Source: Utricularia gibba (taxonomy: Eukaryota; Plantae; Magnoliophyta). Taken from it: a stretch of 64,000 nt of DNA. How positions within the stretch are numbered: the first letter of the stretch is position 1; the number at the start of each line of letters is the position of its first letter. Where the stretch lies: NCBI GenBank assembly GCA_002189035.1, contig NEEC01000017.1:1860001-1924000 (forward strand). The letters run 5' to 3'. Shown here piece by piece: positions 26,537 through 38,646 of this stretch. Position numbers and translations under genes: made by a program. Below the pieces are notes generated by a model, which worked only from the letters and a program-made list of their open reading frames with translations, was not told the DNA's origin and made no database searches.

Positions 26537-29500
26537 ACGGCGGAGCTCCGCCATTCGAGCTCTATCGGAAACCGTACTAACTCCCCGTCCGCCGCCTCTG
26601 GTTCGTCCCCATCGGATTTGTGCTTTGAACATAGTGCCGCGGCTGCTAGCGACGACGATGACAATGGTCGCGATCGTCATCCTCGAGATCGCGCCGCTCG
26701 TTGTTGCTATCAATACTTTCTTCCTTACGGCTTCTTTCGGAATGACGATCTAAATAGGGCGCGTCCTCCTAGATCCAAGATCTCGATAATTTTCCTCGTC
26801 GTAGTTCTTTCTGCCGCGGTGATTTCGATTTCCTGGGCTGTCCAACGTTTGGTACGCTTACTCTCCATGTAAACGCTTATTTGCCAATCTGCGCATTGCA
26901 TGTTTTCGCGATCCGTGGTACTTTGAAGGGTTCAAATGTTCTGCGTATTTACATCTTAAATTGGAATTGCAGTCTTTGTGATAACTCCTCATCTTTAAGG
27001 CCTTCTTCGGGTAATTTCCGTGGTACGGGCATGCACTGGTTAAAACTATTGCAACTGCTGTGTAAACTTTATATGTTGCGTGCTTGTTCAAAGGGTGATT
27101 ATTTTGCTTCTTTGTATTGTTCTTTCGGTTTCAAGTTGTAAACAGTCAATGCGAAATCCCGGATGCCTATGGAATATAAATGTTTTCTAGTATTCTTTGA
27201 CCTAAGTAAAGCAAAACGGAAGTCAACATCATTTCCTGTTCAGATGAACCCCATTTCCAGTAAGGCTGGATTTGTTTTATAGGTCACACTGCCTAACTTT
27301 GTGCTCGATCCAAGAAAGCTGTTATTCATACATATCGTGGACTTAATTCTAGCTTTAACGTTTCTTTTCATTGTGCTTATGTTGCAGCATGCTCCTTACC
27401 TTTGCAGAAAGGATGGCATAACTCTTCATTGCCCTCATGTAGGTTTCGCTTTTCCTACTATTCATTTTTTTTTTTTCTGCATATAGAGTTCTGATATCTT
27501 TTTGGATGGAATTCATTTTGATGTATGAAGGTGAAGGAGCCTCCATCACTATGGGAAAATCCCCTTTCGGCAACTACATCATGGAAGGCTTGTGCAGAGC
27601 GGCAGGAGGGAATTCAGTCAGGTAGAGGAATAGCTGGACATTAGGGCACTCCGAAAATACCCTATTTTTGTTGAAAGTATGCTAACCCTTGGTGTTTTTG
27701 TTGCTTGGAAAAAAAGTTATGACACTTTGATGTGGCACACCAGGTTAAGGTTATATGAATATATGCCTCTACATGACAGATCTGTGGGGGCAATTGTGAT
27801 TTGAGAGTGCTGCACTCTAGTCGTTTAGTTCTGGGACTAGTAGATTATATTTGTGTATTTGGAGTGGGTTATTTCTGAAAGATATTTGAATGAATAATCT
27901 TCTTCTCACCTTTCAGATCTTCCAGCAGAGGATGAAACAAATGGCTACATATTCATACATGCTGAGGGTGGCCTTAATCAGCAAAGAATTGCGGTATTGA
28001 CACTGACTTTGTTTACAAGATATCTTTGTTCACCCCTGCAAGAGAAAGCATGAATGCGGTTTTTTAATTCAAATTTATTCATCTTTTTGCCTATTCAAGC
28101 CAGAATATCATATGAACTTTGCAGATATGTAATGCTGTTGCTGTTGCAAAGATCATGAATGCTACCCTTATTTTGCCTGTGTTGAAGCAAGACCAGATCT
28201 GGAAAGATCAAACGTGGGTGGCCTTGAAACATATATTATCACTAGTGTTCCTTGGTTTTTTCAGTGATGATGAACAGTCTGGATTATTCATATCGGTTAT
28301 TTTTCACATTGTTCTGGTCTTACTCCCTTTTCCTCCTTGTTGATAACTGAAATCTGGCTGCAGGAAATTTGAAGACATTTTTGATGTAGATCATTTTATT
28401 GAGTACCTGAAGAATGATGTGCGCATTGTGAGGGATATCCCTCCATGGTTTACAGACAAGGCAGAGCTTTTCACTAGCATAAAGTATGCTTTTTTTTAAC
28501 TTCTGAAATTGAATGTGCTCGCAAGCTTTAAAAAAAAAATCATTCAGTGTTTCATTAACTTGTCTTAAATTTCAAGCAATGATGATTGAAAACTCTATAC
28601 TATGTTTTTGAAAGAGTTTGTATTCCATGTGATATGCAATCTGTGATGGTTCATGCACCAAGGGTCCTTGGTTTGTCGCAGCTTAAGATCAACAAAAACT
28701 AGTTTTACAATTTTAAAATTTTGATCTCCCAGTTCCAGGATTTCTCGCATTTGTTTGCTTGCCGATGCTCAACTTTTTTTTAATCAAATCTGCTCCTTGG
28801 CAGGCGGACCGTCAAAAATATTCCAAAGTATGCTCCTGCACAGTTCTATATTGACAATGTCCTGCCACGCATCAAGGAAAAGAGGATTATGTCATTGAAA
28901 CCATTCGTAGATCGGCTGGGGTTAGTTGTCGTCAGAGCATTTTTCGTTACACTTTGATCAGCTTTGGAATCTAACTATATTTCTTTCCCAACCAGGTATG
29001 ATAATGTTCCTCAAGAAATCAACAGGCTCCGATGCAGAGTGAATTATCATGCCTTGAAATTTCTCCCCCATATTGAGAAAATGGCCGACACACTGGTATC
29101 TAGAATGAGAAACAAAAATGGAAGTTCACATCATTTCATGTAAGTGAAGTTGCTAGATTTGCAAATGTTCCTCTGAACCTGATCGTTGCACTAATTTTTC
29201 ATCCTCAGTGAATTCTCCTAAATATTTTTCTAAAAATCTTCGCATTTGATTTATCAGGGCTCTTCATTTAAGGTTCGAGAAGGGTATGGTAGGCCTCTCC
29301 TTCTGTGATTTTGTGGGCACCAGGGCGGAGAAGGCTCTAATGGCTCTATATAGATTAAAGGAATGGCCACGTCGTTTCAAGGTCTCGAAGTCTTTCAAAT
29401 TTTGATACGTGCATATGCCTAGGGGGTTTACTATTGTGACCATGCCTTATCTTCTCTCTCTCTCTTGCAGGACGGTTCTCATCTTTGGGCTCTGGCTCTC

Positions 29501-30091
29501 CAGAAACGCAAGGAAGGACGCTGCCCTCTCGAGCCTGGTGAGGTAGCAGTAGTGCTTCGCGCCATGGGTTATCCTAAAGATACCCAGATATACGTTGCAT
29601 CAGGTCAGGTTTATGGGGGACAAAACCGGATGGGACCCTTGAGGAGCATGTTTCCAAACCTTGTGAGTATCTGCGTTTACATTGTTGTGTACGCACAACT
29701 GGAACCTTTACCTGATCAGAACGTATTACAGGTCACCAAGGAGGACTTAGCTCCTAAATCGGAGTTGGATGAATTCAGGAAGCATGTTACTAGCTTGGCA
29801 GCTCTCGACTTCCTGGTCTGCCTGAAATCTGATGTCTTCGTCATGACTCACGGTGGGAATTTCGCAAAACTGATCATAGGTTTTCGGCGGTACATGGGAC
29901 ACCGGTTAAAATCAATAAAACCCGACAAGGGCCTGATGTCGAAATCTTTAGGTGACCCGTACATGGGGTGGGCCACGTTCGTGGAGGATGTCGTTGTTAC
30001 CCATCAGACCCGGACCGGACTCCCTGAAGAAACCTTTCCCAACTTTGACATCTGGGAAAACCCCTTGACACCATGCATGTGCAGAACCTGA
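26537..30091 (+). CDS. PAGR: PAGR-like O-fucosyltransferase-family (GT106/DUF246) Golgi protein; first codon ACG and apparent 1-bp insertion at 27608-27611
   Basis: (T)AELRHSSS N-terminus, TM anchor, HAPYLCRKDGITLHCPH, WENPLSATTSWKACAER, HAEGGLNQQRIAICNAVAVAKIMNATL, ALHLRFEKGMVGLSFCDF, ending WENPLTPCMCRT*. Matches recalled At3g26370. Confidence 0.92.
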
Positions 30092-31359
30092 GCTTGGGTT
30101 ATCTAACAGTAGAGAGAGAGAGACAGAGAGTATCACAGGTTATAGGATGTCTGTTGAAATGCTAATGTAGCCAGCCACGAAAAGAATTATGAAGCTTTTT
30201 TGATCTAGACATGCTGGGATGATGCCAAGCGGTGATGCAGTCTCACAGCACTGAGCCCACGGAAATTTTGAGCGGATGAGTCCTGACCCTGATGCTGCCG
30301 CAGAGAGGAGGTGATTTGGGTTCGGTTTCAACAGCCGGCAATGTCACAGCATCATAACCTGCTTACTGGTTGGTATCCCTAATTCTTTTCTGTGTGTACA
30401 TTATCTGAATTTGCGTTCATAGTCCCAGTGCCTTGAACTCCATTTCCCTATCTTCCATTCTTGGGATTTGATACCTGGACAACATGCTAACGTGGCGGCA
30501 GTATTCTTTTCTTAGCTCCTCCTTTCCTATCCATACCTCAATTGCATGTCGTATTTTCCTTCATTTTGTGCAAACATTATTTGACCACTTGACGATAGTT
30601 CTGACTATATTGTTTGCCTTCCTGATCTCTGTGGTGGTTTGGGGAAACATGATTTTCTGGTTGTAGGATGGTAGCCCCGAGCAGTGTATAGTATCCAACA
30701 CGACCTCTATATACATACATGCCTTTGCGTGTAGTTGGAGTAGTTATTGGGCTTGTTTTTAGGCCGTCATGTGGACTCCATGTGTTCATAACATATATCA
30801 TGTACTTGAAATAAAAAATTGTTAGAAAGTTCATATAAGTGATCTTCTAAATGAAGTATATGCAAAATAAATCTACTAAAGTAAACGGTAAGTAGAAGAA
30901 ATGACTCCCAAGTTGGAGAAGAACTTTATAAATTTGCATTCTACTAAAGGATTATGCCATTGCATGGAAAATACAAAATATATGGAGCTCTCAGCATGTT
31001 CCTCTAACAGAGGCCCTGAGACCACACCATCCAAATTCCAGAGTTCCAATCGCGCAGGAAAGGAAACCAACAGATGGATATTTTTTTTTTAAAAAAAAAC
31101 ATGTCTTTAAGGAATCTAAAAGCTATATAGTTAAGAACAAAGATATTGAAGTAGAAATGGAGTCGAGACCCCAGATGATTTTGTAGTAGGACCCTTCCAG
31201 AGTATCCATTTCAAGTCCCCATCATAGCAGACAAAGTCATCAACTAACCAGGTTTTTCACAAAAACAATTACAACTTTTCCAGCTTTCAGGAGCTGCAAT
31301 CACACGATCAACAAGAGCAAAACGAGTAGTAAAACCGAAAAGATAACAGCGTCACGTAC

Positions 31360-31404
31360 ATCGTCAGTCTTTGTAGAGCAATATCGAGATCCACCCTCAG
31401 CCAT
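31360..31404 (-). pseudogene. Remnant first coding exon of a beta-1,4-GlcNAc transferase (GT17)-like gene
   Basis: MAEGGSRYCSTKTDD resembles the recalled GT17 N-terminus (..YCSKKTDDICGDVCGQ). An upstream acceptor, 5'UTR-like sequence and TATA-like TATAAATAGG-type motif near 31772-31780 are present, but no recognizable catalytic exon. Confidence 0.5.
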
Positions 31405-31980
31405 TACCTCAACCTTCTCGAATAATCTCGATACCCTACACGTGTTCCCAAAACATCACCGGAAAACGGAAGGCCTCACAAGGTTACCCAATCCCTAATA
31501 ACACCGTCGAGGAACGCGTACGTGAAATTGCAATCCTCCAAAGCCAAAACGTCCGGCAATGCGACAAGAATCGCAGCGAATGGATCATGAACAGTAAAGA
31601 ACGAGCAATCTCCCGCAGCAGAAAAACTTGTACAAGAATCCCACAATTTCTTCCCTCATGCCCTGCGAGTTGGATTCCACGGATTGACTATCGTGTCCAC
31701 GGAGTTTGCGCGTTCCAGCAACACAATCATGGGTAATATCGTCATTCTCACCAGTCCATCGCCAGCAAAGCCTATTTATGGAAGTCCGATGTGAAATCCT
31801 CAGCCCTTTTTTAGAATATTACTTTTTTATAAATTATTCGTAATTAATTTAATCTCACTTTGATTAATCAATTTCTTATTTTCTCTGAAAAATTTTCAAC
31901 AATTTTTTCAAATTTCACACATATCAGAATCAGATGCACCGAGCACGTCCACCAGGTAACCCCAACCCTCTTCCTCGACT

Positions 31981-31990
31981 GCCACGTGGC
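31981..31990. promoter_or_regulatory. Perfect palindromic G-box/ABRE GCCACGTGGC
   Basis: Direct sequence match, about 200 bp upstream of the TATA-like motif of the GT17 remnant. Confidence 0.55.
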
Positions 31991-33210
31991 GCATCGGAGT
32001 GGTATCGCCGGAACCGGATATTTTCTTCTTTTGAGATTTTTCCGATCGGAGGGTGGAGCCGCAGCATCCCAAAACTGTCAGAAGTGTGCAGTTTACTGCA
32101 AGGAAGAAGCCAGAGAGTCAGTCTAAATGCTGCAGCAGCCGCAGGAAGAATAACGTCCACATGTTTCCCCTCTTCATCACCCTCCACATGTTTTCCTTCT
32201 TGATTCCTCCTTTTCGAAATTCGGTGGCACTGGTGGGTATCCCAACCTCGGTTAACTAACCACCGTGGAGGGTTAGCCAAATCAGCACCAGCCCTCAACT
32301 GCCCATTTATATGCAACAGACAAAACATTATCTCTTGTGGGCTCAAGCTGTTGCCGTAATCAACTGGTTCGTTGGATGTATGAAGGAGGATTTCAAAAGC
32401 TCCATCTCATCCTCTCCCATGGCCGCAATAATTCTCTCCCACTTGTCTTTCCTCTTCCTCCCACCAACAACCGTATCTCAATCCTCAGGTATATTCCGCA
32501 GTGATACTTGGCATCCCTCTGTGCCTCATCTCCAGCTTCCAATTTTATCACTGGATTCCATCCTCTTCAATTCTGAAATATGGTTCGTGGAACCCTTTGC
32601 GAGAACAAGAATAATTGAATCAAAAGGTCCCCCATGTGAAGGTTTGTAAGAATTATTGATGCTACCTTGTGAAGAGGAGGATATTTGAGTCTTTATCACG
32701 GCAAAACTGAGCTTGTTCACCATTGAACTTTACACCTTTGACTCCATTGCTTGAACAAAAACTCCAAGCAAGTGCAGAACCTTATCCAAGCTTGCTTCAC
32801 CTGCAAAAGGAAGCTGTTAGAGAACAGAATTCAACAAAGAAACATAACAGGAAAAACACAAATGAATCATTGCGATAGCATGGCGAAAAAACGAAAGCAT
32901 GGAACACTGCTTGGCCTATTTGATGAGGAATGAATCGACACAGATTTTGAAAGAAAGCAGGGGATGTTGGAAAATGATCAAGGGAAGTAGTAGTACTCGT
33001 CCCTTAACAAATGCTGGATCTAAAGACTGGAAAATTTCGATTTTTCGGATCGGTAAAAAACCCAATCCCTTCTTCATACAACATCACAGATCAAGTGCAC
33101 AGATAGATTATACATAGACGCATATATGCCTCTTCTTTTTGTTGCTTCTGATTCAGATCTATCGAGGGGCCACTTTGCTTCTCCATTGAATATCATCATC
33201 ACTAGTTTGG

Positions 33211-33868
33211 CTATTGATGATGAATCACATAGGCATAGCCAGCATGGCAGCAGGGATAAGCATGTCTATGAACAAGTTTTCCGGCGGCTTTCTCACCAAT
33301 AATCGGGTATGCTGGTGGGCGCGATGTTGACCTTCGGATGTAACGCCCGTTAGCGGAAGATGGATAACGGGGGACGAAGAGAGGCGATTTTGGAGAGGTG
33401 GAGCCTTTGCCGGCGGCAGCAGGAGAAGGTGGCGAGGTTGGTTTATTGGATGTTTTAGGCACGGAAAGAAAAGCCCTGATCTTTAGAGACGACCGCGGCG
33501 ACAGCGGCGCCACACGATCGTACTCTTCTATCAGGTTGACGAGATCCTCATCGGAGGTGATGGACACCAACGCGTCCAGATCTTCCCCCGGCAACTGGCA
33601 CCTCAAAGTCACGGGAGTTCCACACAGATCCACGAGCTTCACCAACAATTCTAAAATTCCAAGCCCCATCCAAATACATCACCAAACCAAACAAGAAACA
33701 ACGAAGTCAGAATCCAAAAAGAAAAAAAAACATACCGGCAAAGGACACCGAGCGGGGAACAGAGAGAGCACGAGTTTCACCGCCGTGGTAACGAAGCTCA
33801 CCGTCGGGATACCTGGGCTGAATCCTCCCACCGTAACTGCACACAAATTTGATGTTTTGGGAATTCAT
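33211..33868 (-). CDS. PB1 (octicosapeptide/Phox/Bem1p) domain protein, 2 exons (33868-33736, 33650-33211)
   Basis: IKFVCSYGGRIQPRYPDGELRYHGGETR and LRCQLPGEDLDALVSITSDEDLVNLIEEYDR. Confidence 0.93.
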
Positions 33869-34645
33869 GCTTCTAGGGCTTCCTTCAATCGAGGGAAAAA
33901 GAGGAGGAAGGCAAAGAAGCAGACGTTTCCGAGTGTTTGCTTCTCCAAGCACTAGCTTTCCACAATGTGCACCTATTTATAGAGAGAGAATACGTCCCAT
34001 TTAATTTTCTCTTTTTTATTTTTTAAATTTTTTTAAAAAATTGTCCGAAAAAGAAATGAACAGGATGAGGTGGATATCAGGATCAGGCTCACCCGAACCA
34101 GCGACGGGTGGACCCAACAACTTGATTTTTTACTAGGAAATTATAAAATAATAAATTCAAAAATTAATTAATTATAATATTTTTCCTATTTCCCCCAATT
34201 TTATCCACACATTCCCTAATTTAAAATAATTCCGAATATACCAAATATTCTTTATTTTTAAAATAATTATAAATTTTGGTTTTCAAAAATTGATAATTAA
34301 TCCAATAAATGATAAAAATAAATCAAATTAATGTCATCTAGTTTTGTGAGATGGTTGCACACAAACGAAAAACATCAAATAATTCAAATAATTTAAATGT
34401 TTACTATCGAATTATTAAAAAATATATAACTTATGAGTTATTAATAATTATTGAATTAAAGTCTATTAATATACTTATTAATTGAATTAATATAAATAAA
34501 AGATAACGTTATTTATATTTTAAAAAAATATAAAAGAAACCGCGAAAAATTTTCTAAAAAAAGACCATCCAAACGCCTTCATCTTCACACACAAAGCTAA
34601 CAACAAGAACCAGTTTTTTTTTTTTTTTTTGGGTCGGGAGGAGGC

Positions 34646-34924
34646 TCAGCTTTTGACACGACGGACGAAGACGGATTCCAGATCAGGAGGATGGAAGAAC
34701 TCTCTGGCTCCATAGCAACAAAAGGATCCTCCCGCCGGCGAAGATTTCCTCTTCTTGGGCGGCGGCGGACAAACAGACACCCTGGGAATTCCGCAATCCG
34801 CGGCGGTGGGAGTCGTCGGCATGCCCTTCTCCTCTTGAGACATCTTCGGGGGAATCCGTAGCGAGAAAATCCACTCCCCCGAGTCCTGGGCCTCCATCAA
34901 GCGAAGCTTCTTCTTCAGCCCCAT
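34646..34924 (-). CDS. SMR: SIAMESE-RELATED CDK inhibitor (SMR), intronless, 92 aa
   Basis: Motifs PTTPT, CPPPPKKRK and EFFHPPDLESVF. Confidence 0.9.
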   Translation of the reverse strand: MGLKKKLRLMEAQDSGEWIFSLRIPPKMSQEEKGMPTTPTAADCGIPRVSVCPPPPKKRKSSPAGGSFCCYGAREFFHPPDLESVFVRRVKS

Positions 34925-35846
34925 CGGCGTCCGCGAGTTGCTGTTGGTGTTCAGCTCGCTGCACGTAAATATAGCGGGGGAAAAGGTTACCGGAAAGAAG
35001 GAATATATTCTCGAACTCAAAGCGGTGAAAAGACTGATGCAAAGACGGAGACAAAAGGTAGGGGAAGCTTTGAATCAAGGCATCAATGGCGGAAGAGTAA
35101 TTCTCACTCCAGTTTCTTCAGAGCACCAATTTAATAACTAAACTTAATGAATTATTTACTGAGTATTTATAAATCAATTAAACATTTGTGCCCTAATCAT
35201 CATTCAAATTAATCCCCAATTTCTTGTTTTATTATGATTTTTTTTTAAAAAAAGAAAGAAAATTAGACCTGCGAGAAATAAAGCACTGCCTAAAAGTTCA
35301 GATTCTTCCCCCCTCCCTCACCCATTATTACCAGCTAATGTGTTAACTTTTTTCAAAACCTTTAATTTGATTTATTTTTGATCAATTTAATATTTCATTT
35401 TTTCTAACTATTCTTTTAAAAATATATACTATATAAAAATAATACTATTTATCAACAATATGAGAAATTATGTTCAAATGTGAAAAGGGAGTTTAATACA
35501 ATATATTATAAATATTATAAAAAAAAACAGTTTATCAAGCAATGTATGATGATAATAAGCCTTTCATCTTCACACTTTGCATGGGAATGAATTTAAAGTC
35601 CAAGGTTTAATATAAATATTTTATATCGATTACGAATGATAAAAAAATATAATTAAATAAAAATATTTTAATAATACTATACAAAAGTTTTTTTATAAAA
35701 AATTAAATATATATAATTATAAAAAATTAAATATTGAAAACGAATAATATCATAATCACGGATGGTAGAAGGGATGTTTTCTGTCTACTCCAGGTACAAC
35801 TGTTAGTGGGAATATATGCTGTCCAGCAGACATGGGGTGAGCTCCT

Positions 35847-38141
35847 TTAGTTTTCATCTTTAAAATGGCTGAGCTCCTCAGCTATCAGATCGACTGGTAG
35901 GAATCCGAAAGGAGCGGAGTCCGGCGCAGGATCACGGGAGTCATCGATATATTGCTCACCGTCGTCCCACAGATAGGCGTCGCCACCGGTTTCCTCTGTG
36001 GCATCTTGAAGTTCCGGCGAGGAACCGTCGTTACTGGGATAGATAACGGCCGCATACGAGTGCTCTTTCGCCTGAGACATGCGTTCGAAGTCCTCCACCA
36101 TGGACAAGAGCTCATCGGGGCCAACGTGGGTATCTTCTAAAACGGATGCCTTTCCTGATGCAATGGCCTCTTCCCACAACGACATCATTTTCGAGGGAAG
36201 GTTCTTTGGTTTAGCATCTGCTTTGCAGGATGGAGAAGTTAGAGGGTCTGCGTTACGTGAATGAGAAACAGGGATTTGAGTAAATACCTGAAGCACTGGT
36301 GTGGCTGGAAGAAGCGTGATGGCGTTTAGGAGTTTCATCATGGTACATGGATTTCCAGTCTGCTCCCCTCCACATTAGTATTTGTTCGTCGTCAAATGAC
36401 AACAGGACACAGGGTACTAGTTCCTGTTTTTTGAAGAAGCGAGAGGGGTAAGCAATGGCAGGTTGAAAAGGTCACAGAAGAGAAGGATGGTGACCTTGAG
36501 CTTAGCTCCAAGCTTCTTGTAGTCACTAGGTTGCATTCCTCTGCAATCTATCTTCGCCAATATTGATCCTTCAAACGCATGTCTGACATCACTCACTAAG
36601 GAAATATACACCCCATTTTTTGCTGAAAAAAGCCAGAAAAAGTAGTCATTCAGAGTGCAATAAATATTGAAGTGTATGATACAAAAAAAAAAACGGTAGC
36701 TGGTTTCTGAAGCATGTGATGCGCTTACACAATTTGCATATAGGCAGCAAGCTTTTCCCCTTGATTCTCATCTCATCTGCTTCTTCTTTCGTCAATCCCT
36801 CAGGAGCATCTTGTATAAGTTTCGGATAAACCGGTGCAGCTGGTTTCCAAAGCATGATGGGTAGCTGTGGACGCTTACGGTGGTCGTAGTTTCTACCTCG
36901 GAACAGGTAAACAACACCACCTACCCTGTGGATGATCTTTCCTCCTGTTTTTTCCTGTAAAATAGGCAAATGGAAAAGCTTAAGCGCCTAAGATCCAGCT
37001 AGAGTCCAGAATGACATCATCACTAGAGGATTATAAGAATGTTCATCATGCCATAGCAGAAACCTCAAGGCACGAGCATATATTATCCATGTCGACAGTG
37101 GGAATACCAAGACACCGAACTTTACAAACAGGTTGTCTCCTCCAATGCGTATGTATCAACTCCAACATATTATGAGTTAGCCCATCTCGACCTTCAGAAT
37201 GCACAGCAAGAACCACAAACACTTGAATCAAACAGTATGGGATTCAGAAAGCTCAATGATAATTCAGCAACGATCTGCTAACATGAAGGAAAACAGTACG
37301 AAATTCCATAAACAGAGGCTGAGAGCGATGGAAACCATAGAAAAAACAGCAAGATGCAATGCGGGTAAAAAGGACTTGAGATAATGCAAAATCACCAAGC
37401 AAAACTCTCATTAGCCTATAGTAGTTTCAATAGTACCATTAAGCTATAAAATCTCTGCATTTCAGACAAAGAAGAGGAAAAGCTCACCTAGATTAACCTG
37501 TTTATTACTTGACACGCACGGCTTTAACATCTCTTTTATCTCCGACTTCGTCAACGGTTGTCCAAGCACCTCTTCCCGCGGCCTCATAGTAAACTTTCCC
37601 AGCTTGTAATCCCTTAACATTTCATATTTCTTCACCTCGACATTCTGATCGTCATCACTCTCTTCAACACCCAGCGGCTCAAAAAGCTTGATGTTCCTCT
37701 TAGCTTTCTTCAGGGGCGCTTTCCCTGTCCACGGTCGCGGCATTGTTGGCGGTGCAAAGGGCAAGAAAGCCGGCTCCCGCATAGCTAAAGGCTGAGCCTT
37801 GGGCGTTTCAGAATAACTGTACATAAACTCAAATGGAGCACCAGGCAATTGATAAGAAATGCCAGAATTTCCGACGACAACTGCTCGATCATCGCTCTCC
37901 GGCGATGCAATCTTCTGCCCAGGCTTGACGGGCTTGTAGTATTTGGAGTTCCGATGATGTGTTTTGAAGGCGGGATCATCAGAACTGACATTCTTCCGCG
38001 ATTTTGAAGGGGGCGGATACTTCGGGATTGGGATGGGGGCTTCGGGGAAGACGCCGAGGAAGAAGGCGCACTGGAAGGCGGCGGACTCTTGGGCAGTGCC
38101 GAAAAGAGATTTGAACCAGGAATTGCTGCAAAAATCGGCAT
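35847..38141 (-). CDS. CAF2: Chloroplast CRS2-associated factor 2-like (CRM domains), 5 exons; apparent 1-bp deletion at 38035-38039
   Basis: [96 protein letters not shown]. The transit-peptide frame from ATG 38141 is offset by one base. Confidence 0.92.
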
Positions 38142-38646
38142 TCGCGCAATCTACACCATATGCAAAAAGAATTACTTGCCAGGACGACGCCATATGAAAG
38201 GTGAGGGATATTTTGGTCCGTTACTCTCAATACGACGCCGTTCCCAAACAAAACGTAGTCACAGACTTCCAGTTTGTTTTATTTTTAGAATATGATTCTA
38301 ATTTCAAATCAAACTAAAAAATAATATAATAATTCAATCATGTTAACTGAAACAAATTAAAATGGCCGAAAGTGGCGAAAAATATCCGTTGATGGTTTAC
38401 AAACCGAACCGACCCGGTTCCAATGGGGTGACAATTAGCGGTTGGGCCGGACCGGTTTCAGCGCTGCACAGCATGAGATGTTCTAAAAGGCTGAGGAAGG
38501 CTGGGCAGCTGGACAGGGAAGAGTTCCAAGCCAAGGGATGCAGTTGCTTCCACTGTAATAACTGCCGGAAGTTGGGTCGTCGGAAAGGAACCATCTGCCG
38601 ACGGTGGAAGTTGAGATCGATGACTTGCAGGGAAGCACAAGTTCGC

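Noticed and set aside
28262-28350. TGATGATGA...CTGA in a PAGR intron as an intronic snoRNA
   Set aside because: The terminal stem overlaps the boxes rather than flanking them, and I could identify no rRNA-complementary guide.
30214-30258. ATGATG...CTGA with TGGG/CCCA ends
   Set aside because: Imperfect C box and only about 36 nt between boxes, too short for a snoRNA.
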